DNA of 55,322 nt, taken from assembly GCF_000485595.1 (NCBI RefSeq), contig NW_014577072.1, positions 744,041-799,362 of the forward strand, read 5' to 3'. Position 1 is the first letter of the stretch. Each line of letters starts with the position of its first letter. The DNA is from Priapulus caudatus. Its lineage: Eukaryota. Below, one piece after another: positions 25,701-36,077 of the stretch. The notes beneath the pieces were generated by a model. It saw only the letters and a program-made list of their open reading frames with translations, did not search any database and had not been told where the DNA came from. A program made the translations under genes and the position numbers.

Positions 25701-28700
25701 ATTACTATTACTATAATAGAGATATGTACAGCTTTATATTTTTATCATATAGACAAATCATACAACACATCTTGACCAAAAATTTCAATGCACTTCAATT
25801 ATCACCAATAGGTGATATCGGAAAGTCCAGCTGTGTTATTTAGGTCATATATAAGGGGGTATAAAATGGCAGGGGCGCGCTTAGGAAAGTACATGATTAA
25901 TGTAAACACTCGTGCGTTTTTAGTTTTTGCATTAACCCAAACATTGCAAAATATCCCAAATGACCACAATCACATTCGTAAATGTTTCTGTAAACAGAAA
26001 CGCACCTGTGAATTGAAGTACGATGTTAGTGAAGAGAATTATAAATAAAAAACCTAGACTAGTACTATCATAACCGTATTTTACTGTTATATATATGCAA
26101 CTTATACCCCCTCTTATCTGATCTCAATACGGCGGCGGGGACTTTCCGATATGGCTTATAGATTTTACTCACTTCTTTTCGTAATATTCCACTTGGACAA
26201 TCCTTCATAAAGTCTTTGTGCCTGGTAAGATATCAAATATGATTATATATTAAACGAGAAGATTGCAGAAAGTTCAATTATCTCAAACATTTATACAGGT
26301 AGGGTATATAGTATATACCCACTACTAATAGTTTGCATCAGGCTAAATAACAATTAAAGGGATCGTTTACTCTAGGTTCTAGGGTTATTTTCAGTTAATT
26401 TAGGTTAAAATTACGCTACATAAAAAGTTTCATGGTTCAATCAGCATTAGAAATATTATTAAAAAATGTTTTAAAACTAACGACTACAGTTTGATTACAA
26501 CGACGGTGGCGCCACTGAAAGCCCACGATCTGATGAGTTGCGCAAAACCACTTTTCAGCCAAGGGCTATACAGACCGAGGGTGTTTCTTATTTATTCATT
26601 TAAAAGCAGAAGGATTGTAATATCTTATAAACGACATATAGTTTCAGTTATAATATGGATAAATTTGCTCTAAAATGAATATCATTTGGTTAAATAGCAT
26701 TTAGGTATAAATATAATTGCACTTTTGTGATTAGCCCTCGGTCTGTAACGTGCAAAATAAATTGTCAAATACGCAACTTTTTTGGGGTGGCAGCACGGTC
26801 GCGGGTGTCATGGCGCCGTTTAAATTTCGTAGCGTTGATGTGTAATTAATTATAACAATTAAATTAGGTATCTGGTAACAAATACGTGTGGGTATAGACA
26901 ATTTGTTATACAGTAAGTACAGTTGTATGCAGTAAAATCCTAGAGTCTACTATCCCTTTAAGTGAATTGGTGCAAGACAATTCTTCTGGCACTGATTACT
27001 CTTGTTGCCCCCTATTATTACAGTAACACTGCTGCTTCAATTAGAGTTTACATTTAAATTGGGGAACAATATTCTATGTTTTAATGCACAATATCAGTTA
27101 AAGTAAAATCAATGTCAAAAATTTGTGGTTCAATAGGTAATAGAAATGTTTTTTTGAATTTTGTTTTTAATGTGTTAATGATCATTAATTTACTTTTAAT
27201 GCCCTTACCACCATTATATGTGCATCCAATAATCATGTTGTGCTATTTAACTATTCCGCTGCAGGCTACAGACGGAGGGCAATTCTCACTTATTTTAATA
27301 TTTATACTAATTATAAGAAGCATTACAATATCTTATATCTCACTATTTGTTCTAGTTAAAATATGTAGGTTATTATTGCAAATAGAAATTTGTTTAGTTA
27401 AACAGTAGTTAGGTACATATATAATTACAGTTTTGTGTTTAGCTCCCAGTCTGAAATATGAAAAACAAAAATTCAAGAGCATAAATTGTCAGGTGGCAGC
27501 ACAGCTGTACGGAGTCATGAAAGTGCCCATACATGCATGCTGATTTTAATGATATTTGATGTTTAATAAGGGCGCGTTTGTTTGGGCAGATCACAAGATC
27601 TGGATCACATGCGTCCCAGGAACTAGCCGTTTGTTTGGTTGGATCCACTACACCAGATCCCCCCAATTGGACCCTGCTGGTACAAGCAGGGTTTGAAGGG
27701 GAATTAATGTGGCTTCAACTCAGCACTGCTTATTGGTAGTAATGAACCATCTTGTGATAGGTCACAGCAATAGTAGACCCATTGGATGAGACTCTGCATT
27801 TGTTTGGGTAGATCAGGATCAAGTGATCCAGATCAGACAAGTTCATCCCACACAAATTAACAGCTAGACCTTAAGAAAGGTGAATGGGTGATAACTGAAA
27901 TATGTAGGTGTAGTGTCGTTTTTATGCAATAAATATCATAATATGCTCATAAAATCCTAATAATAATGCTCCTCTTTATTCACGGAAACCATGAAAATAC
28001 ATGAGCAGTTTCTGGAAAATGAACACTTTTTACAAATGTAGGCATACTCACCATTGCTGCAGTTCCTTCTTGTCAACTAGAAAAAAAAAGGATATATAAT
28101 AGGAAAAATAAATACTTGGATTTTGATCGAGGCCGGCTCATGGACGTCACATGGACATCTATAGGTGTCCAAAATTACATACTTTACTCTTGAAATAGTA
28201 GATTTAACTAAACAACTGTTCTGTGTGAAAAGGGTGGAAAAGTTAATTAGAATCTCCATGGATAAGGGCTTGCTCACAGGCACTTGAAACGTCTCAATAA
28301 AAAAAAGGTCAATAAACACGAAATGTATTTACTACCAGTCTTAAAGTGACTGCGTCACGAATTTTCTATGGTAAAATTTGTAAAATTTTTGTTGCCATTT
28401 TTTTACAGGTATCATCAAATTCTTACCTGATAAGATTGTTTCTCAACTAGCTAAAAATCCAAAAAACCTGTACGATTTGATATTAGTGTTCATAACATTA
28501 ATTGCTTGCTATGGGCTATGTATGAGTCACGAGTGTATGTTCACATCAAACAATAATGTAAAATAAGAAGTATAATGCAGCAATTTAACCATATTTTTTT
28601 ACTATTTACGGTGACGTAATCACTTTAATGTTTCTCTACTCTATTTCGCCTATTATTGCCACCAATTACCCGTAGAGGCCAGTAAAATGCTCATCTGCAT

Positions 28701-29787
28701 CACACAAGTACACCGCACGCACGCCCTGTGCACAATTACAACTACATGCATAAGAGAGCAGGTAGGAAAGCGTGATCGCATTTTATGCCAGGTTTCGTAA
28801 CTGCACCTGTCCCCCAATGCTTCCACGAAAAATGGCTCACAAAACACAGAATGATCGGGCTTTTTAACACTTATTTATCTACATGGACATCTCACCTATC
28901 TTTTTTAACACTTTCCACAACTTTATACCCTGTATTTATGCATTTATTCCTCAAAGTGCTAGCACTACTTGCGTTTCGTTTTCAAATGCTGTTGTGTACA
29001 CGCGTGACATCTCGTGGCGTCACGCTACCAAGATGGAGGCTGTTTGGTGTGTTTTCGTTCTGTAGTCGTGTGAAATGAAGCAAGCGTCGAGCGAATTTTG
29101 CGATCACGCTTTCTTACCTGCTCTCTTATGCATGTAGTTATAATTGTGCACAGGGCGTGCGTGCGGTGTACTTGTGTGTTGCAGATGAGAATTTGACCGG
29201 CATTTACGGGTAATTAGCGGCAATAGCGAAATAGAGTAGAGAAACATTAAGACTATGGTAGTAAATACATTTCATGTCGGCCCAAGGATAGAGAACATGG
29301 GTCCCAATAAAACCAATGTGCCTAACCCTAATTCTAACCCTAACCCTAATCATAACCATAACCCTAACCTATTATATTGATATAATATTATATTTATATT
29401 GATGTAAATGACATTGGTTTTATTGGAACCCATGTTCTCTATCCTTGAACCGAAAGATCGCGGATGCAAACCCGTGCTTCTTGAGCCACCGTTGCCGCAT
29501 TGTGAGGCCCAAGGATATAAGAGCTGTCCATATTTGCACATTTGGGACAGTTCTTATATTCTTGAACCCATTGTGCTGTACGTGGCGTGGGAAACTTGTC
29601 ACTTGAGACTGCGAGTCCATGACAATAATAATGAATGAATAAAGCCATGAATGCAATAATGCTCAATGGCCATTGATGATTGATAAGATAACTTTGGATG
29701 TGATGATTACGTCGAATACTTACAGTAGGTACAAGCTTGTAATTCCCGGATCTCGTGAGCAGTTAGCTTACTGCTACCTTTCCCCAT
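19685..29787 (-). CDS. NCS1: Neuronal calcium sensor (NCS-1/frequenin-like), complete 7-exon CDS, 189 aa
   Basis: Joined exons (64+25+49+90+79+167+96 nt, all GT-AG and in phase) give [189 protein letters not shown]. It has the MGxxxSK myristoylation motif, an inactive CPSG EF1 and three canonical EF loops. Exact orthology is not established. Confidence 0.93.
20690..21740. repeat. G-rich ~38-bp minisatellite (4-5 good units to ~20880) grading into a degenerate G/A-rich repeat
   Basis: gggcagatttcaaaggacatggggttgttatcctag at 20690, 20728, 20765 and 20803; recurring gttatc(c)tgg motifs after that. Confidence 0.75.
21789..21955 (-). CDS. NCS1: NCS-1-like exon 6 (EF3: [17 protein letters not shown]...KQMDV)
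   Basis: Within ORF 21741-21974; acceptor 21956-21957, donor 21787-21788. Confidence 0.95.
23572..23650 (-). CDS. NCS1: NCS-1-like exon 5 ([26 protein letters not shown])
   Basis: Acceptor 23651-23652, donor 23570-23571. Confidence 0.95.
23722..23849. mobile_element. Short MITE sharing the TAACCC core of the Mutator-like family but with different termini
   Basis: gaaggggtcgttgtcgtatagg / cctatacgacattaacgacccttc; a related right end lies at ~85-141. Confidence 0.6.
24290..24529. mobile_element. Mutator-like MITE with TAACCC core
   Basis: 9-bp TSD cacaatata (24281-24289, 24530-24538); family TIRs. Confidence 0.9.
25148..25394. mobile_element. Mutator-like MITE with (TTAGGG)6-7 core
   Basis: 9-bp TSD aatacttaa (25139-25147, 25395-25403); ttaggg array at 25211-25251. 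Confidence 0.9.
25550..25639 (-). CDS. NCS1: NCS-1-like exon 4 ([30 protein letters not shown])
   Basis: Acceptor 25640-25641, donor 25548-25549. Confidence 0.95.
25808..26159. mobile_element. Unclassified MITE in NCS intron 3
   Basis: Inverted ends ataggtgatatcggaaagtcc...agggggtataa / ttataccccct...ggactttccgatatggcttat; no clear TSD. Confidence 0.65.
26173..26221 (-). CDS. NCS1: NCS-1-like exon 3 ([16 protein letters not shown])
   Basis: Acceptor 26222-26223, donor GTGAGT at 26167-26172. Confidence 0.93.
26358..26957. mobile_element. Kolobok-like MITE
   Basis: TTAA on both sides; TIR agggatcgtttactctagg vs reverse-complemented right end agggatagtagactctagg. Confidence 0.75.
27570..27870. 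mobile_element. Degenerate PIF/Harbinger-like MITE
   Basis: taa|gggcgcgtttgtttgg left end; repeated gtttgtttgg/ggatc motifs; decayed right end followed by tta. Confidence 0.35.
28052..28076 (-). CDS. NCS1: NCS-1-like exon 2, 25-nt micro-exon (FDKKELQQW)
   Basis: Acceptor 28077-28078, donor GTGAGT at 28046-28051. Confidence 0.92.
28275..29277. mobile_element. Palindromic P-like MITE (CACAGGCACTT family), right tip missing
   Basis: Left TIR cacaggcacttgaaacg; arms ~28629-28785 pair with ~29095-29277; interrupted by a Kolobok-like MITE. Confidence 0.8.
28345..28624. mobile_element. Kolobok-like MITE nested in the P-like MITE
   Basis: TTAA at 28341-28344 and 28625-28628; TIR agtgactgcgtcac / gtgacgtaatcact. 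The opposite arm of the host element has a single TTAA (empty site). Confidence 0.85.
29279..29451. mobile_element. MITE with (TAACCC)n core, GGCCCAAGGATA termini
   Basis: ggcccaaggatagagaacatggg...aaccaatgt / acattggtt...cccatgttctctatccttgaacc. A related mini-copy at 29506-29568 has TSD cattgtga/cattgtgc. Confidence 0.75.
29724..29787 (-). CDS. NCS1: NCS-1-like exon 1 ([21 protein letters not shown])
   Basis: ATG at 29785-29787; donor GTAAGT at 29718-29723; myristoylation motif. Confidence 0.93.
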
Positions 29788-31317
29788 CTTTGGCCTATAG
29801 CGCGCCTCAAGTTATACCTTGATGTCACATTTTTTCTGGAACAGGTGTGTTTACGATCAGTTTGTTTATAAACACCGTCGCCATGTCGTGTCAACTGCCA
29901 TCTGTTGTCTGTAATTGTAAACTTCGAGACGAAGGCACGCGCTGACGCTGCGCTTTTGCATGATACCGCGCGCATATGAAGCGAAATGTTGTGTTTATTC
30001 TTTTAGCACATTAATCACATTTATAATAATATTATGCTTATTACATTATACTTAATATAAATCCAATTAAAATAGGTACTGCTGTCGTTTAAACTGGCCA
30101 TTGAAATTTAGATATATATATATATATAAAAACTAATATTTTGCGAAATAAATTGCCGACATAATGTCCTGTCACTTTATCTCTTACTCCCTCCTCCACT
30201 CTTTATCTATCTACTATCTTATCTATCCATCTATCTATCTATCAAACTATATATATATACATATATACGCGTCCCGCCACGCTCGCGGGGTGGGAGAGGG
30301 TGAGGGGGACCCACCCTCGCAGAATTTTATCTGAGAAATACACGTTTGTAATTAAATAAAATCTGAGTATATATTTAATCATTTGAAGTAGGGGCCTACT
30401 TTATTTTATCTCCAATGGGACAGATTTTTAGCACATATGAGAAAATCGGACTTGCAGTCACAGATGGTAGGCTCTGATCCCTGGACCCACTTGGTTCGAC
30501 CAGCCTACATAATGCCATAATAACCTGCTAATTGCGCTAAGACGACTACACTTGTGTTTCATTCTTAAACACCAAGAAATTCAAGCAACAAAGAAACCAC
30601 TTTCGTTCCAGAAGACTAGAAATTAGCGCTTAAGATTATTGAATTTAAAGATGTTCAGGTGCGGCATTGCTTCGTTCACAAGGACACACATGCACGCACG
30701 CACTCACGCGCGCACGCACGCACCCGTTCGGCGTTCACGCACGCACGGCGTTTAATTACTCTATAATTCTATAGCAGATAGTATCAGGAGTAGATAATAG
30801 AGATATACCGCTGATAGTATATACCGCTTGTGTAGCACTACACCATTTTCCATATCACCGCTATGCGGTACCGGTTCGCACTGAATACATTGCATAATAT
30901 TGTATAACCGGCAAGATCTGTTTCATTGGTTGTGACTCGCCGTTTCAGGAGTGAATAATAATCGATTATAATAATTATAATATTTATATTATATATAATA
31001 ATAATCTATTATTCCTATATATCTCTTATTCCTTATCTACTATGTGTAGACGTTTAACTGACATTGAAACATCTTCGTTCTTACGCGTCCAGCTATGCTG
31101 CACGATGATCGGTTCTTGAGTATTACTGCTTGGGCTATTACTGAGGTTATGCCAAAGAGTGTATATATAAAGCTGTAAGCCACTCTTTACACGCTCTGTT
31201 ATAAGTATGCGCGTTCATGAGTGCGTGCGTGCGTGCGTGCGCGTGCGTGCGTACGTGTGCGCTCGTGCGTGCATATGCTTGCGCACGTTCCACCAGTGAA
31301 CAAAACACTGACACGGT

Positions 31318-31480
31318 AAGATTCAAGATTCAAGATGTTTATTTGTACATAAGTCGTGTATATACAGTTTACAGCGGCAAATAGGAAATATACAAGGCAT
31401 AGTTAATATCTAGTTTACAAAGGAAGCACAGGAGTGGCGAAAGAACCCGCAGGTCATCAAAGTCTGCCACCCCTCAAAAA
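31318..31480 (-). mobile_element. CR1/L2-type retroposon 3' tail (element may extend to ~31870)
   Basis: On the minus strand: a stem-loop (31431-31474), then AATAAA, then a (GAATCTT)n tail. Confidence 0.5.
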
Positions 31481-32559
31481 AATGTAATACTAATAGTAGC
31501 CAAATGGGTCACTATTATAATATACTTGGTTGCCACAGTGGATGGTGAGCATGAGAAACAGCAAAAACATGACAGAGAGAATGAGCAAAATGATCAAAAC
31601 AAAATGAACAAGAAAACTGAACAAATGTGAACAGGTAGAGATGAGTTCATACCTGGAGGATCTGCACTCAAGGCTCCCGCCTCGTAGACCTTCACTAACA
31701 CTGATAGAGAGCTGAGAGCTGTTACCGAGTGTTGAGGTGACCGATGGATGTACACATCCGGCACCTGCTTCCTCTCCTATTCAGAGTTCCCAAACGCCGA
31801 TAGCCTACTTATAGTGCGAGATGCGCACTTTCGTAGATCGCGCGTGAGGCGCAACCGTGTTCGGTCACCTGAGCCTTCGCTCCCTCATCCGTGGTACAGG
31901 AGCCGAATTGCGTGATGGGGGAACTGAGCTGTATATAATAACATTATTGTCTTGTTATTATATACAGCTCAATGCATGGGAGCAAGGATCGTGATCGAGT
32001 CATGTCTCACGCAATGCTACATTGTCCTCCATGCTTCAGGCACTAATGAACTAACTTACCAATGAACTAGCCAATTCGTTACTTTCCCTGTTTGGACGTG
32101 GGAATCGCGGTTCTCGGATTGCCCTCTGCGCAAGATTTGATTCTCGGGCGCCCATGGGATACGAGTGTTAAGCCGTTAAGTGTACATTTTTCACGTATTG
32201 ACCCTCTTACAAAAATTAAGGAAAGGCATGAGATTTTTGACGACTTGTCTGGACTGTACAGTGGGTGGTGAGCTTGTATCCTTCCTTCGATACCTTCTAC
32301 GTATTCTAATGCTTGGCCTGCCCACACAATGCGCCCGCATACAATGTGTGTTAGAGAGCACGTGAGGGGACTGATGCAGCCGTACAGAAATATTACGGAA
32401 AACTGAAGTTTTATATGGTTTACATACATTTTCTGCCGTTTATTGTACAGTAGGCCAAACTGTTACATTATACAACGCTGATCATAAGAACATCCATGGT
32501 CAACTACTTATAACTACTCTATAACGATTATACCAGTTTAAGATATCAACGCAAATTGT

Positions 32560-34710
32560 AACAAGTGCCGCAGAGCGACAGTGCTCAACTGACGTGTACT
32601 GTAGCCGGGCATTCTTCTGATAAACTCGCTGGCAACCGAATCAAGTGCGCCCTCCCGCCACCGCGTTCACGCTCAGAGCATATATCTAGGATACTACTAA
32701 TACAGATCTAAAATCTATGATACGCTTTGCTATACCGGTAGTACAGTAAAAAAGATACAGCTGTGTAACTTTAATGACTTCACTATATTAACATGTTATC
32801 ATGGATATATGGATATGCGTCAAGCGCGAAGCGCGTAGTGATGGGCAGCCGGGGGGAAGGGGGGGGGTGGTCGGAGGAGGTGGGAGCGGGTGTGGGGAGG
32901 CGGGCGAGAGGAGAGGGGCGGGTGAACGGGGGCGTCTAATAGAAGCAAAAAGAAGTTCAGACTTTGTAAAGGAATAATAGACCCATTGGATTATGCAAAA
33001 GTTGGACGATGCTTACCAGTAACTGGCACCTGTGTAGTTAATAAGTAAATAACTTATAGCCAAACGCAATGATTAGTTTGTCCAATATAGCACTGCTGGT
33101 TACTAAGAAGTGTCTTAATTGAAGATCCGCAGTCCAAGAAATCAGTTGACTATATGCTAGCCGCACACTATCCGACCCGAGCGTGATTTGAAAGGCGTAC
33201 GATTAGATCGAGATGTTCTAGTTCTTGGGCTCGGGAAGCCTTTAAGATTGGCTCTTGGAGGTCATGTTGGCCGATTCCGAAGTTTGAATGGAGGCAGATC
33301 GCGGTCGATATGTGCGGCTTCTACGACGCGACTCGATAGTGTGCGTGCCATCCGATCCCGATCGGCGTGCGCTGAAGAAAATTGAGCCTATCACAGAGCA
33401 GCGCCATAGGGAACCGCAATTCGAATGCGAATGGCATTCGAAGCATGGGAAACACTCCCGACCCTTAGTACCGCTAAATCCGCTTGAACGCACCACGAGA
33501 GTGGCCATGGTTTGCGGCCAACTTTGAGTCCGTGACAAGTGTGCGGTGGTCCTCCGACGATTCGGGATCGCGTCGGAATAGTGTCGGGGCGTTAGTGCTG
33601 TCACAGTGGCAAAATCCGGATAGTGTGGCGGCTAGCATACATTTTTACAGTTTCGAAACCGCATACGGCGAAACGGTGTGATACAGATTTATAGTGCACC
33701 GGACATTTCCGCACGCATGCTCGCCGTACGGCAATGCTAGCGATAGTACAGTACGTAACTGTATACGTAACAGTAGCTCTGATTGTAATGAACGTGGAAT
33801 CCACGTACGGACGCTAGTGATAATGAAGTAGGCTGTGTTGGGGCCAACACTATGGGGGGATCACGGACTAACCACGGGCACAAACTAAACATGAACGCAG
33901 ACGGCACTACGCGTATTTACGTATATTGGTCAAACGAATACACCCTGGTCCGAAATTAAAGACATGTGGGTACCGCGTTCATTAGCACCCACGGTTATTT
34001 ACTTGTGCCTCAATACCAAGAATACACCACAGAATAACATTTTACTAGCTCATTAGTCGTTATAAGCATCCCGGGACAAACAATTCTCTGGCTCACACCT
34101 GTAGCAACAATGTGACGTCACCGTAACCGTTTCGAGGCTATTTGCTTGGCAAGCATTTAAGCATTGCGCGCAGATTACCAGATTTACGAATTTCAATTAG
34201 ACATTTCTTGAGTAATTAGCAGTGATATTGGACAAACTAATACGCGTTTGGCTATAAGGTATATGCACTTATTAACTACACAAGGTGCCAAGTTACATGT
34301 AGCATCTCGTCAACTTTGGCATAATCAAAGGGCCTATTATGCCTTAACAGTCAACAAATCTATGTTTAACCCTCTTGAGGGTCAAAAGGTTTAATCAGAG
34401 CCTTACTCTTCGCACGTCAGCGTAAAGTATATTTTCATCGTTCTTTCAATAAAGTGATAGAAATGGTAGTCAGCGCTGAACAAAAAAGTTTTGCACTCGG
34501 TCCGTTAGACCATGTCCTTCCCCTCCCATTGACACGTCTAACCTTTGACCCTTGACCCCCAAATTCGACATCCCGAGTCCTTTTCGCGATCCTCCCCACC
34601 CCTACGTCACGAATATCAAGACCGTACGTCGAGCGTTAAGATTGGTGCCCAACTGCTTGACGGACGGACAATCATGCGATTCTACAAGCTGCATCCGACT
34701 TCGTCAGCTA
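32560..34710 (-). mobile_element. DINE-1/HINE-like non-autonomous Helentron derivative (copy A)
   Basis: aacaag terminus, short palindrome tgccgcagagcgaca and sub-TIR gctcaactgacg at one end; GGAC microsatellite, inverted repeat and cgtcagcta at the other. Confidence 0.65.
32970..34344. mobile_element. Kolobok-like non-autonomous element (~160-bp TIRs) inserted in the HINE
   Basis: 32970-33130 is the reverse complement of ~34185-34344. The cleaner copy ends cctattatgcct|ttaa (40474). The empty TTAA site is at 40997-41000. Confidence 0.75.
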
Positions 34711-36077
34711 GATTTGTAGGCAAAGTATAATATAATGGTGTGTATGTAGAAGATGCTCTGATTATGTCCATTAGAACGATAATAGATACTAGTTGGATTA
34801 ATGCCGACTATTATGGAAATGCAGATTTACGACGTAAACAGTACGTACCTAACACTTTTATTACGAACCTCTAAAACTGCGCGAAAACTTATTTCCGCGT
34901 TATATTTCGTTGGGCGAATATTCACATAATAACTGTGTTTTCATTTTAATGCCAGTCAGGTAAAATCGAGTTAAATGGTCCGTTAGTTACTTGATTTTAC
35001 AGCAATTATGCACAATGTTGACGAAGATTTTGTGGAATGACATAATTGAATGTTGGGGAACAAATTACATGTTAAACTGCCATACATCAAAATTCAATTA
35101 AAGCATCAGCGATTTACACTTAGATGATATCATGCAATGGCAACACACAACACCAATTACACAGAAAATAGATTCCATTCGAATTTAGCAGTAATGGGTA
35201 CATATATATATATATATCCATTACAAATATATTAAATAATAATATTACAATGTGCTATGGGAAGTATCATTGGGTTGAGCATTAATAGTATTAGAAGTGA
35301 ATAAAACGCATTAATTTCAGGAATGAATTTGGTTTTATTAACTCCTGATAGTATCCATAACATTTCTTGAACTTTAGATTTCTAAAATGCTTATAATAAT
35401 ATAATAAGTAATATTCATCATTACATAATTTCACATAAACACATTATTACAAATATAATCAATAGTTTTCAGGAATGTTTAAAAGCTATCATAAACATGA
35501 ACCGTCCACTTAGTACTATCATTGTCATCCCATTGCCAGAAACACAAGCAAGAAAGCGAACGCAATGCATTTGTGCGTTCAAACAGAGAAATGGCAAGAC
35601 AAAACATTGGTTTTCAATCAACACAAGGTAGACACATGTGCGAGAAGCAGAAATATATATACATAGATTTGCATATGAATCACAAGCCCACCTTTCAATG
35701 AATTGCATGGCCATACATATGAAATTAGTTTTATTCCACCAATAAATTTAACCGATTACCTTGGTCACAAGCGGAAAAATACTGCTTTTGCTGGCGCTTT
35801 GGAATATTTATAATCAATCAACTTGATTTGGACATTATTTATGATGCCCTGTAGGTGAATTCTCCAATGTACAGCACATAGAGGGCTGAAAAATAAAACC
35901 CAACTTAGATAGTATGCACTACTACGAACTGAAGAAATCTAACCAATGTCTTCACACGTGTATAACTCAAAAGGCATCACTTCCATTCAGTAGTGAGAAC
36001 ATGCTTTAGACTGTACAGTGTAAGACTAACAGTAAGACTCTACAACTGTAAGTGAACGCTGGTCTATTTCCGTATTT

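Noticed and set aside
25640..26172. Introner-type intron creation by the internal MITE
   Set aside because: The MITE ends do not coincide with the splice sites (~170 nt from the acceptor, ~11 nt from the donor).
33188..33804. Cluster of GC-rich ORFs or a structured RNA gene
   Set aside because: Interior of the Kolobok-like element in error-rich sequence; frames are not conserved between copies A and B; no recognisable rRNA or snRNA motif.
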